Shown in pieces: positions 52,310-64,000 of a stretch of 64,000 bases of DNA (its first letter is position 1; each line of letters starts with the position of its first letter). The translations under genes were made by a program, and so were the position numbers. The notes under the pieces are model-generated. The model did not search any database and was not told the origin of the DNA. It was given only the letters and a program-made list of their open reading frames with translations. Origin of the DNA: Octopus bimaculoides. Lineage: Eukaryota. The stretch is taken from contig NC_068982.1 of assembly GCF_001194135.2 (NCBI RefSeq), forward strand, positions 36,505,995-36,569,994, read 5' to 3'.

Positions 52310-52490
52310 CATACACACATACACACAGACAGGCAGACAGACAAACACACACAAACATGCATACACAAACACACAGATACAAACATATACATAGAAGAAA
52401 GAGAGGAAGAGAGAGAGAGGAAAAGAGTGAGAGAGAGAGAAAGAGAGAGAGAGAGACAAAAAGAGAGAGAAAGAGAAAGAGAGGTACAGT
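52168..52490. repeat. Compound (CA)n/(CATA)n/(GA)n microsatellite
   Basis: Direct read; it explains ORFs at 52040-52563. Confidence 0.95.
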
Positions 52491-53469
52491 GCAAAATTGT
52501 GTGATTTTCAACTATTTTTCTCATTTTCAGTCTACTGACTTGTCCTAAACCCCAAGAAAGCATTCCTTATTCTCTTTGAAAGTAATTCTTAGTGTCTTAT
52601 CATTTAGTATTATGCTAAGGTGAAGTGTCCGTTTCAGGATTTTTCTGGGCTGAGATAATTAGAGAGATATTTTTCATAAAATGTAATAGATTTTTGCTGA
52701 AACACAGCATAAAAATATTATTAGGCAATATTTTGATGTCACTTCTGATAACATCACTCTGTGTAACCACAAACCTTTTTGTGATGCTGTTGTATACCTG
52801 CATTCCTCATGAGGAATTTCTACATTGATTACTGCAATTTGAAAGAATCCATCCATTCTCTTGGGTGAATGAGATTAATTAGGAGTTAATATCCATGTAG
52901 GGATTGACTTGATTGATGTCATACATGTGTGTCCCCTTCAAATAAGCTAGACCCTTCAATGTCTTCTAATGAATGTCAAAAGGCTAACATTTTTGCTTGC
53001 CATTTTCCCTCTTCCCCTTTAAAAGCTGTGTGTGTGTGTGTGTGTGTGCATGTGTTTGTGCGTGCATGTGTGTGTATCTTTTACTTGTTTCAGTCATTGG
53101 ACTGCAGCCATGCTGGAGAATTGCTTCAAAGGGTTTAACTGAACAAATTAACCTTAGTGCATATTTTTCTTTTTAGATCTGGTACTTATTCTATCCATCT
53201 CTTTTGCTGAATCACTAAGTTACTGGAATGTAAACAGACCAGTGCTAGTAGTCAAGCTGTGGTGGAGGACAAACACAAAGACTAGCATGCACACACACAC
53301 AGACACACACATGCGCGCGCGCATGCACATATATACAACAGGCTTCTTTCAATTTCTGTCTACCAAATCCACTCACAATGCTTTGAGTGCCCAAGATGCC
53401 ATTTAGTGAGACTGAAGCTGAAATCATGTAGCTGAGAAGGAAATATCTTATCACACAACAATACCTACA

Positions 53470-53502
<33 letters not shown>

Positions 53503-54677
53503 CTGTCCGTCTATCTGTCTATCTATCTCTCTCTCTATCTATCTATCTATCTATCTATCTAGCTAGCTAGCTAGCTATCTATCTATATATCTATCTCTCT
53601 ATTTATAGAATATACAATTAACATACTTCTGCAGTATTTCTATTTATTTCACATTTTCTGCACTATTTATAAACAATATAAACACTATTTATAAACTGTT
53701 GTTCAAAAGCTCATAACATTTATATTATAAAACAAACATTTATATTATAAAACAATGTTTAAGTTTATCTTATAAAAATGGTGACTATATTCTATTTGTG
53801 TGTTTATAGTAAACCGCTGTCAGACAGACCATCATTTTCTATTGTCATTAAGCTTCAAGCGTTATGTTTTGTAGACATTAATGTTTATATTATTATTACT
53901 GATTATACATTGAAGGAAGTGGGCAAGCAGAAACAGTGCAAATTGCAATATTTATTTACATCTCTTTCTGGTCTAAGTTCAAAATTCTGTCGGGGTCAAC
54001 TTTGGCTTTCATCCTTCATGTTAATACTATGGTTGATTAAATCAACTACACCCATCTCTATCAAATTCCTTGCTTTGTGCCAATATAAGAAATTATTATA
54101 GACATATTAATATTTATGTTAGAAGAAATATTTAGGCTACATAGTTTAGAGTCATTATTTGTACCATAATTACTACCAGAAACCAGCCAGCTAGCCACCC
54201 AACCATCCCGCCAACTACTAAAAATACATAATCTTTTCTCATTGTCTAACTCTTTATATGTTATTATCATAGTATATTAAGTTATGAAGAAATAACTTCA
54301 TCAGTAACTTGGGACAATAAATAAATTTGTGGATACCAACATTAATGAAATATTTTAATGATTAATGATTTGTCTTCCTTTGTTAAAGATGTCAGCTGAA
54401 ATATAAAACCAACATTTACAGAGTTTGCAATAAAACGTTTATATAACAAATACTTTCAATGTACAATAATGTTGTGCTGCTGTTGGTGTTATAGTAGTGG
54501 TGGTGGTGGTGGTGGTTGGATGATGATGCAGTACAGTCATGTTGTTTATGTGCTTGAAGATATGTTTGTTGTTGTTTTTAGCCACATGTTGGCCTTTAAT
54601 GAGCTGACTCACAAACAAAGTCATTTGAATCTGGATCTCAACTTTGTATTTTAGGTTGTAGAGTATTGATGACTATA

Positions 54678-55574
54678 TGAGGGGGTACCCAAAAGTAACT
54701 GGAAACATTCTCTGTGGGACAAAACCCATTGTAGGTTGGGCTTCCACTTCTAGAAGCCACTTGATGCAACCTCCAGGCATCAGTCTGCTGACTGGCATGT
54801 GACATTGTACTGCCAGATGGTGCATCTTTATTTTGCAATGTTTCTCCCCTGTTCATCAATTTTTGTGATGGCTGAAATGAAAGAACATTGTGCTTCCTTG
54901 AAATTCTGTTTTCTGCTTGGGAAAATGGTGGCTGAAACAGTTCTCAAGCTTCAATCAACTTACAAAGCCACTGCCATGAGCAAAATACAAGTTTACAAGT
55001 GGTTTTCACACTTTAGGAATGATCGCTTATCACTTGAAGAACAATCTCATTCGGGATGACATTCAACCCCCCTGAACAAGTAAAACCATCACAAAAATTC
55101 ATGAACTGATCTTGGAGGACTGTTACCAAACAATTGACGAACTTGTTTATGGCTGGTGTGTCTTGGAGCACCTGCCAATGAATTTTGAGTGACGAATTGC
55201 AAACAAAAAGATTTGCAGCAAAATTTGTGCCTTACTTGCTCATGGAAGATCAAAAACACTCAGGACTGAATGCCTGTCATGAACTCATAGAACAGTTGGA
55301 AGTTGATCCATACCTTTTTTCGTAGGTCATCACTGACAAAAGCTGGTACTACGGAATGTGCAAATGTGGAAGAGGTGAAGAAAAGAATGACGGAGGCATT
55401 AGAAGGTATAACTTTGCAATAGTTCTGGCATTGCTGCAGGTAGTGGAAAACATGCCTGGACCGATGCATTGCTTGAAATGGAGAATACGTTGAAGGTGAT
55501 AAAAGTGTAAATATGCAAAACTAAGTGAATAAAATAATATTGCAAAATTCTGGTTTCTTTTGGGTACCCCCTCA
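54678..55574 (+). mobile_element. Mariner (DD34D-type) element with internal deletion
   Basis: 27-bp TIRs tgagggggtacccaaaagtaactggaa and its counterpart match at 24/27. The N-terminal HTH reads MAEMKEHCASLKFCFLLGK...VYKWFSHFRN. ITDKSWY (first catalytic region) then jumps to the C-terminal EEVKKRMTEALEGI...DRCIA.NGEYVEGDK. Confidence 0.9.
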
Positions 55575-55697
55575 CATGTGTTCTTCCTTTCATAAGATGG
55601 TACAGTGTGATCTGAGAGATATATGGGTAATAGGTTAACCAGCCACTTAAAGGTGGTGGCCAAATGATATTTGATCACTTATTACAGTTCTTTAGAT

Positions 55698-56035
55698 CAG
55701 TGGTTCTCAACCATTTTTTGCCTATGGACCCTTTTATTACTGTTTCATTCTAGTGGACCCCCATAGCCATTCAATGTTTAAAATCTAGTTTTATAGATTC
55801 TTTTTCAAAATTTTATTTTTTACTGGCTCATTCACTTGCATAGGTTGAACTTTGTAGAATATTTGCAAAACAAACCTAGCTGCATCTTGCAATAGATACA
55901 TCTAATGCAAAAGTTTTTCATGGACCCTTGATATATTACTGTAGATCCCCCAAATTTACTATTTTGCTTCCATGGACCCCTAAAAATCTTATATGGAGCC
56001 CCTGGGGTCATATGGACCCCAGTTGAGAACCACTG
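55698..56035. mobile_element. hAT (Charlie-like) MITE, 338 bp
   Basis: TIR CAGTGGTTCTCAAC...GTTGAGAACCACTG. The 8-bp TSD is CTTTAGAT / TTCTAGAT (6/8, NTCTAGAN-like). Five subterminal TGGACCC motifs. Confidence 0.9.
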
Positions 56036-57939
56036 TTCTAGATTGTCATGAATTTCCACAAAAGATAAAGTTCTTGATAAGGTCAACTAAGTTATTAGAA
56101 GGTAAGTATGGTTGAGTAGTTAACAAGTTTGCTTTGCAATCATGAAGTCACAGGTTCAGTTCCACAGCACAATACTTTGGGCAAGTGCCTTCTGCTATAG
56201 TCTCACATTTACCAAAGCTTTGTTAATGAATGCAAGCACAGTTTGTTAAAAAGACTCAAAAGAAGCCCTTTGAATAAATTACATATACAATTTAAGAGGC
56301 AAACCTTGTCACATGCAATTTTAGACTAATTTTTGCCTAAGTATTCAGTTCAGCGTACAAATGTCTATGGAAAACTCAGCCACTCATTTCTAATTCAATG
56401 AATTAAGTCCATTCAGCTGGCAAAAATGAGTAATACTGCAATAGACTGGCATCTCATTCAGGTGGGGAATTTATATGCCATGAAACTGGGAAACCAGCCT
56501 TATGAGCTGGCTTGACTTGAGAAGGTAACTTCTTTTTTTTAATTCAATGAATTAGTAGTTCTACTCAGCAAATATGCCAAATACCAGTGGCATAGCTTGT
56601 GTGTGTGTGTGTGTGTGGTGGGGAGTGACACTTTTATGGGAGGGGCACTTTTGGGTCTGCTGCAAAAGCCTGTACAATGGGTGGGGTGGAAAATTGAAGG
56701 GCTGCTCTGTGTGACACACACTGTAGCAATGCCACTACCAGGTGCATCTAATTTATTAGCTGCCAACAAGTTTAGAAGTCAAACCTTAACAATAAGTTAG
56801 ATATTAAAAATAAATTAATGAGATCAGACATACAGATGGAGAGAAAAAAACAATGATAATGAAGACTTATGATTAAAAAAGGAAACCTAAGCGAAAAGAT
56901 TTTGAAGAAGAGATGATAGGGATTGACAGAAACCAACTAACTTAACATGGGAGAGAAAGTGAAGAACATTTTTTTTTTGCATAACACTACGATCTTCTCA
57001 CTTAACAAAAATGTTTCTTTTGTGAATTTCTTTACAAAGATAGATATCATGGGTGTTCATTCATCTTTTTGGAGTTACCAACACATGATAACATTCATCT
57101 TTTGACATATGATAACAAGGCTTCAATTAATAAGTGTAACGAAGAAACATAACACTTTCAGTAAAAAAAAGAAAAAAAATCCGGAAAACAAAATAATTCT
57201 TCTTTAACAACATTTAATAGATGAACTAAATTGTAGATAATTATGTGAAATACCAGCCAAATTTCTCTCAAATTACGCCTTATAATTTTATGAAAGGAAG
57301 AACATGCTTAAAAAAGAAAAAGAGGCTTGGTGATTACAGTTGGAATGCTCATAGATCTACTTAATCAAAATGGGCTAAGTTTAAATGACAACTATCATAA
57401 CGCAACCATAACAACTGCAGTGCTAGAAGGCTGAGGAAGGGATGAAATGAAGTGAGGAAGTCAGGATGTTGGGCTCACAGACAAGATAGAGAAAGGATTA
57501 AAAGAAATGGTGATGTACTATACACCAGACTTATTCAACCCATAATAGATGTTAGACAAACCAAATAGAGAATCTCTGTAGACACTCTAATACCTGTTAT
57601 ATATGGAGCTGGTCTGTTAGAAACAAGTGTTAATCTTCCTCAGTTCACTTTCAATTATTTTAAAACAGACAAAAAAGACGCATTGGTAATATAGATATAC
57701 TATGCCCCCCCCCCAAAAAAAAACAGGCTGGATGATTATGGTTGGAACACCTTTAATAAAAATTCTGATGAATCTGAGATAATGGAGGAGGGGACATTTG
57801 CTAAATAGTAGATGTTAAACATTAAATATAGTCATAATACTATACTGCTCCTTCCCTCTCTTTCTAACTACTCCCTATCCTCCTCCAACACTTCTATTTC
57901 TATGATTCTTTCTCTCTCATTCTGTATGTGTGTATATAG

Positions 57940-57988
<49 letters not shown>

Positions 57989-59959
57989 GCATTCTTTACT
58001 CATTTCCTGCCACCAAGCCAACTATGTGCACCCATCCTGTACCTCATGTTAATTATCAATGAGATCAATTAGCCTTTTAGTTACCATATTTCTGTTGAAA
58101 CATATTGCCTTCGTTTAAAAAAAAATCTGGAAAATAATGAAGAATTTAGTAAAATAATTTTGTTATTATTAAGCTGGTGTTTGGAACATAAACAACATTA
58201 AATTTTGATGAAAGATTTTAATTTAGATCACTTTAAAACAGAAAATTTGTATTATGAGATCAGGGGCAGTCTCAAGTGAGTTGGTATGAAAAGGGTTAAG
58301 TTAAATGAAGTAGGTGTTGATGTAATGAATCGTCTATGCAAAATTTCATAACGAGTTAAAATTTACCTCTCAGTTGGAGAAAGAATATGCAAACCTAATA
58401 GCAGTCTATGAGTTTAGTAACTCATACGGGGAAATGGGGAAACAATTTCAAGATTGAAAAATTTTTATTTAATGCTTAAGGGAAGATTTGATCTTTGTTA
58501 GTAAGGACAATGGAGAGTAGTGAACATGTTTCAATGTAATGGACTTCACCAGTAATACATGGTCAACTTAAACTTGATCAGTTAGTTGACAGAAATATTT
58601 GAACCTTTAGCATTTAAGCCAGCTATATTAGGTTAAATTATCCTACCTGTTTAATGTTCCAATTGGCCTCTCAACCCTACTCTACAGCATCATCTCAAAA
58701 ATATATCAGGAAAATATCAAAACTGTGATATAATGCATGATTAATTCAAAACAATGTAAATAAAAAAAAACTGTTACATCTGGCAGAGTAATTTGAATGC
58801 AAAAAGGGTTAAGAATATTGGTCTAAAGACATAATTGATCACACACACACACATGCATGCACAAATACCCATAAAAACATGTACATACACATACATACAC
58901 ATGCATGCACATGTGTGCATGTGTGCAGGCATATACACACACACTCACACTCACACACCTGTATGCAGACATCTGCATAGACAAAAAAATTCACCCACAC
59001 AAATTAACTGTTATTTCCAAAACACAAATCCCGACTGTACCATCCCAACATATAATAACACTGTGTACATCAATTACCACATTCCCACTCCAGATAATTG
59101 CTTTATTTTATTATCAGTTAAGTGATGAGACAAAAAAAAAAAACCAACAAAAAAAACAGTGTTATTGAATATAACAAGGAACTGATGTCTTTAAAAGCAA
59201 AGCTCTCTTTTCATTGTTTTGAAAATTTAGTAGCTGGTAGACATTAGTATCTTCTTCACTACCACTTGCTACATAAGCTTTTTTTAAAGCATGTTTGTGC
59301 TGACTATTTATAGAGCTAAAGTATTTATGGAATACTGTGGAGATAGTGTGACAATGAGGGAGGCAGAAGAAAGAGGTAAAGGGAGTGGGATTTGCTTGTT
59401 TGCTTGCTAACCTGCCCCCTACTATATCGTTTTGGTCTAGTCAGCTGATTTTGTATTCAGTACAATATATAGGTATTTGAAACATTCACTGAAATAGTCT
59501 GAAAAGATAAACAAATCTTCCACACATACTATGGTTGAATTAACGTATTTTATTTAGTACATCTATTTTGATATATAACTGCTTAGGGCAAAGTGAACAG
59601 ACGAATTTTTAAGACCTACTGCTCTTCATATAAAAATATATAAATTTAGCAAATGTAGGTTCTTGAATACTCCCCTCCACCCTTTTTTTTAGTACCCTTA
59701 TTCAATGAATAAATGAATTCCAAATCTAGTTTCAAATCTTACAGAAATGTCAATTTGTGATATGTATGCTTAATATCACACACACCCTCTGATTGATCAT
59801 TGTTAATGGATTTGAAGTGTATTAATTCTGATCATGTGTGGCCTCTGAAATGAGCCCCATGCCATTATTCTTTTGTGTCTCTAATTACCAGTACTGGGAA
59901 TAGGTAATGACCCTGCACCAGTTCCCTTTCAATTTACTCATAACTTACTGTTCAGTTTC

Positions 59960-60330
59960 ACAGTTAACTGGTGGAAGGCAAGCACATGCAAGGTAGACAG
60001 AAAAAGCACTTCAAGGATACACTCAAAGTCTCATTGAAGAGCTTTGAGATCAACCCTGACACCTGGGAAACTCAAGCACATGACTGCTCTGCCTGGTGAA
60101 GCTGCACCAACAGATGTGCTACCTTGTACAAATAGAACAGGATTGCAAGGGTACAAAGGGTACTTCGCAAAATCAGAGCCAACTCCTTGCCTTCAGTCTC
60201 AGTCAACCACCAGTGCCTGACCTGTGGCAGAACCTTCTGAGCAGGCATCAGATTGATCTACCACACCTAGATACAACTGCCCTGTCTTCTGTCATGTGAT
60301 GTCCTTGCTCATCATGGACAACGACAGGTG
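59960..60330 (+). mobile_element. RTE (BovB-like) LINE 3' end
   Basis: KKHFKDTLKVSLKSFEINPDTWETQAHDCSAW followed by a C-terminal CLTCGRTF.A.I.L..H zinc-finger-like motif. Confidence 0.8.
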
Positions 60331-60949
60331 AACTAATTCAGAGATAAACCAACAGATGGGAATCAGATGAATCAATCACACTAGTGTGCCCATCCTCTCC
60401 GGATTCACTTCAAAACAAATATTGTCTTTGCAAATTCTCTAGTTAGAATTTATGGAGGATAAAAACTTATTCTATTAGAATATGAAGAAGTTATTGTAAA
60501 TGAGTGATGTCACTCATCTCAACTAGGTAGCATTCATAATGATAAATAATTTTCAACTTATTCTTATAATGTTTGTAATTTTTTTCATTATACGCTGTTT
60601 ATGATTTATATAGATCTTATTTTGTTATAATTTATTGTTGTGTAATAGTTTACATTTGAAGAAATTTCTCTATTATCGTTTGTTATATAAATTTATTTTT
60701 ATCTTGCATTGTAGACTTAATCCATCATCCATTTTATCACCTCTCCATGCCTCTTGGGTGCCACTAGCAAAGTCAACATTTTCATTTGAAAATGAACAAG
60801 CTACTTGCGATTAATTCTATTCATATTCATTTCAATGCAGACAATACAATCCATCATTTCTCAGTAACTTGTCATTCACATGTGTCAGTTGAGAAGTTCA
60901 GTAAAGGGACATTGAAAAACTTCCAGTAATGAGCATAAGTGAAATCATA

Positions 60950-61300
60950 GTTGTAGCCGATGCTAGTGCTGCACAACTGGCACCCGTGCCAGTGGCCCGT
61001 TAAAAGTACCATTCAAACATGACCAATGCCAGTGGCGCCTGAATGACCACCACACTGGTGGCACATAAAAAGCACCCACTACACTCTCAGAGTGGTTGGT
61101 GTTAGGAAGGGCATCCAGCTGTAGAAACATTGCCAGATCAGGATGGAGCCTGGTGCAGCCTCCCAGCTTGCCAGTCCTTGGTCAAACTGTCCAACCCATG
61201 CCAGCATGGAAAGTGGACGTTAAACGATGATGATAATGATGATGAAGATGATGATGATGATGATGATGATAATGATGATAATGATGATGATGATGATGAT
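60950..61300 (+). mobile_element. RTE-tail SINE/LINE 3' end with (GAT)n tail
   Basis: 'cccactacactctcagagtggttggtgttaggaagggcatccagctgtag...catgccagcatggaaagtggacgttaaacgatgatgat' is homologous to 19350-19515. Confidence 0.85.
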
Positions 61301-61559
61301 ACACACACACACACACACGCACACACACACAAACAAACACACACACAAACACACACATGCACACACACACACGTGCACACACACATGCACGCACACACGC
61401 ATGCACACACACACACGTGCACACANNNNNNNNNNNNNNNNNNNNNNNNNNNNNNNNNNNNNNNNNNNNNNNNNNNNNNNNNNNNNNNNNNNNNNNNNNN
61501 NNNNNNNNNNNNNNNNNNNNNNNNNNNNNNNNNNNNNNNNNNNNNNNNNNNNNNNNNNN

Positions 61560-61592
<33 letters not shown>

Positions 61593-61593
61593 A

Positions 61594-62421
61594 TTGGGTT
61601 GTTAAGAAAGTAATTTCGGCTTTTTAGTGTGAGGTAAAAGTAATTTTCTCATACAAAGAATGAAGTTTAATCAGTTATATATTTTCCATTTTATTTGATG
61701 ACCTTTTGCCATCTTTCTGGCAACTTCATGATTCTGTGCTCATAGAACCTCTGGTCCTTATCAGCCAAAAACTGAAGCAAGTGCGATTTCAGGTTATCAT
61801 CATTATTGAAAGTTTTACCATTCAAAGAATTTCACAAACTTTGAAATAAATGGTAATCTGATGGTGCAAGGTCAGGGCTATATGGTAGATGTGACATCAC
61901 TTCCCAACCAAGCTCCAGTAATTTTTCACAAGTTAGCAAAGACGTGTGTGATCTAGGGTTGTCATGGCGGAACATTATTCCTTTGCTTCCTCCAGTTTCA
62001 TTAGTTGCTGACAGTAAACATCTGAATTAATCATTTGGTTCCTTGGAAGCAGCTCAAAGTACACAACACCTTTGTAATACCACCAAATTGACAGCATGGC
62101 CTTTTTTGATGCAATTCAGCTTTTGATGTGACTTGTGCTGGTTCATTACACTTGGACCATGATCGTTTTCAATTGTTATTGTAGACAATCCATTTTTCAT
62201 CACCAGTGATGATTTGTTTCAAAAGATGGTCAATGTGACAATCACATGCTACACACCTTCCTTCCAAGCACTGCTGTAAACAGTAGAAATGAACTAAAAC
62301 ATTAAAACTTAGTGCGTATGCATAGCAGAGTTCAAGGTCAATCTTTGCCCAGTGGCTTCACTCTATGTACTTTGGATTCATTACTATGGCAACAGTCCGG
62401 ATACTTATTGACCAGACCTCG
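61594..62421 (-). mobile_element. Mariner remnant(s): DD34D catalytic half joined to a dissimilar mariner 5' end
   Basis: Minus strand reads KQIITGDEKWIVYNN...HDNPRSHT...HLPYSPDLAPSDYHLFQSL...LPERWQKVI. The left end is ttgggttgttaagaaagtaatttcgg; the right end (reverse complement) is TA-cgaggtctggtcaataagtatccggact. Confidence 0.85.
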
Positions 62422-64000
62422 TATATTAAAGAAACATACTGGAACTATACATCACCTACAAATAAACAATACACAGTCAAACCCTAAATAGTGGTATATT
62501 AATGTATATCACAAAAATCTAAGCTACAATTAAAAGACAATTAGCATATTGATATCCAATCAAATTTGAAGTCCTTTACAATCATTTATCACTTGTATTA
62601 TGACAGTTCTACTCCATTGATTAAGCAAACTGTGTACCATTCTAATCAAATTCAATGCACGTGGCACTTATCATGCCATCACTGCAATGTTTTACCTCCA
62701 CAGGGCCCATTTTTATGCTTTTATTCACAGTCATTCCTTCCAAGATGTGCAAAGTTCTGAAATTAACTTTTTTCCAATGTTTCCTTATAAATATTGACTT
62801 ATAAGATAGTTTAAGGTGAATATTGACTAGATTAACTTCATCAGTCTGGAAAAGCCTGGAAGGCCTATAGGCTTTAATCTCCATTAGATTAATAAAAAAA
62901 AAAGAGTGGCTGATATTGCCTTTCTTCTCCCTAGGTATATAAAGTAAATATCAGTAATACACTGGGATTGGTGAAATGCATTGAGTCTCTCTCCTTTATT
63001 TAAGTTAGAAATCAATATTCTTTAAATTCTATATGTTACCCACTCTCTATCACCTTTTTTATGGCACTGAATCAAACAACATGCAATATAATTTTTTTTG
63101 CTATCTTTATTATAATTCCTTCACTAAATATGTTTTACCTAACCTTCAAGTCTTCAAAGGCAATATCAACTGTATCAGCTTCACCTAGTTACCTCAGTTT
63201 CCGCACCTAGATAGAGTAAAGTAGGATGCAATGTAACACCCAAATTGTGATAAGAAATTACAGCCTTTCTGCCAAGTAATTTGTACTTTTTCATTTTGTC
63301 AGTTGTATCTTTTTTCACTCATTCTAGCAAAGAGAAAATGATTTATGAGATTCTTCTGAAATTGCAAATTATCTATTATTTTGGTTACATTCTATAATAA
63401 ACACAATAAAAATTGATATAGACAACAGTTTATTTCTGATGTTATCCAACACATGATGTAAAAAGAAATAAAAATAACAAATTCTTATTTGTTTCTTTAA
63501 TTGCCTTTTCAAGTATGCTTTGTGTCTCCATTAATTGCCTTCTCTATTAATCTTCAACCACATTTTAGGGAATTCTTTTGATTAATTGCATACATCGTTC
63601 AAATCAGAATCAAACAAAAATAGAAGCAAGACACATTTTTGACAATCGGAAAACTTCATGAAATGTGCTTTATCAACGTGCTTCTTCATTTCTGAATTCA
63701 GCTGTTCAAGCAATCCATCAGAAAATTATCTTCATGTATAATTGAAGTTCACTGAAAGTGTTTTAAAATTTGTCCTTGCCAATATTCTGTAATAGTTCAT
63801 GAAAACCATAAAGAACAAGGGAAGCCAAAAAAGTGAAACAAAATGTACTTTTTATAAAAAAAATAAGTTAATTTAAAAATAAAATTATCAGATATAGTAA
63901 ACTTTTTCTCTATTGATTGCTGAAGGAATACAGCATAAAAGGGCAGCTGTAAAGTTAGTCTTCAAAATGTTCAGTGTATGTGTGTATAAATATACATACA

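Noticed and set aside
54270-54310. Minus-strand CTGATGA followed by a hairpin (AGTTAT/ATAACT)
   Set aside because: TAAT follows instead of GAAA and there is no stem I/III, so it is not a hammerhead.

Overview
AT-rich, repeat-saturated eukaryotic DNA with many microsatellites and N-gaps inside them. The SINE, LINE and mariner content looks like an octopod (Octopus-type) genome; that assignment is inference. I could not confidently identify any intact host protein-coding exon, tRNA/rRNA gene or CRISPR array, and almost every ORF in the track is a microsatellite or a transposon fragment. The window is a transposon graveyard. It holds Penelope-like (PLE) remnants, a 2.25-kb two-LTR Gypsy deletion derivative with a polyQ Gag, RTE and CR1/L2-group LINE fragments, an R4/Dong-like 3' end inside a (TAA)n array, Tc1, DD37D (maT), mariner and Tigger elements, hAT MITEs, palindromic MITE-like hairpins and many tRNA-type SINEs. 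The most interesting signals are RNA-level. One is a near-canonical minimal type I hammerhead ribozyme at 586-633 (+). The other is a decayed hammerhead-like motif at 20509-20555 (-), about 250 nt downstream of the stop codon of a Penelope GIY-YIG endonuclease ORF. Several elements are deletion or fusion products with visible microhomology at the junction. All alignments and translations were done by eye.
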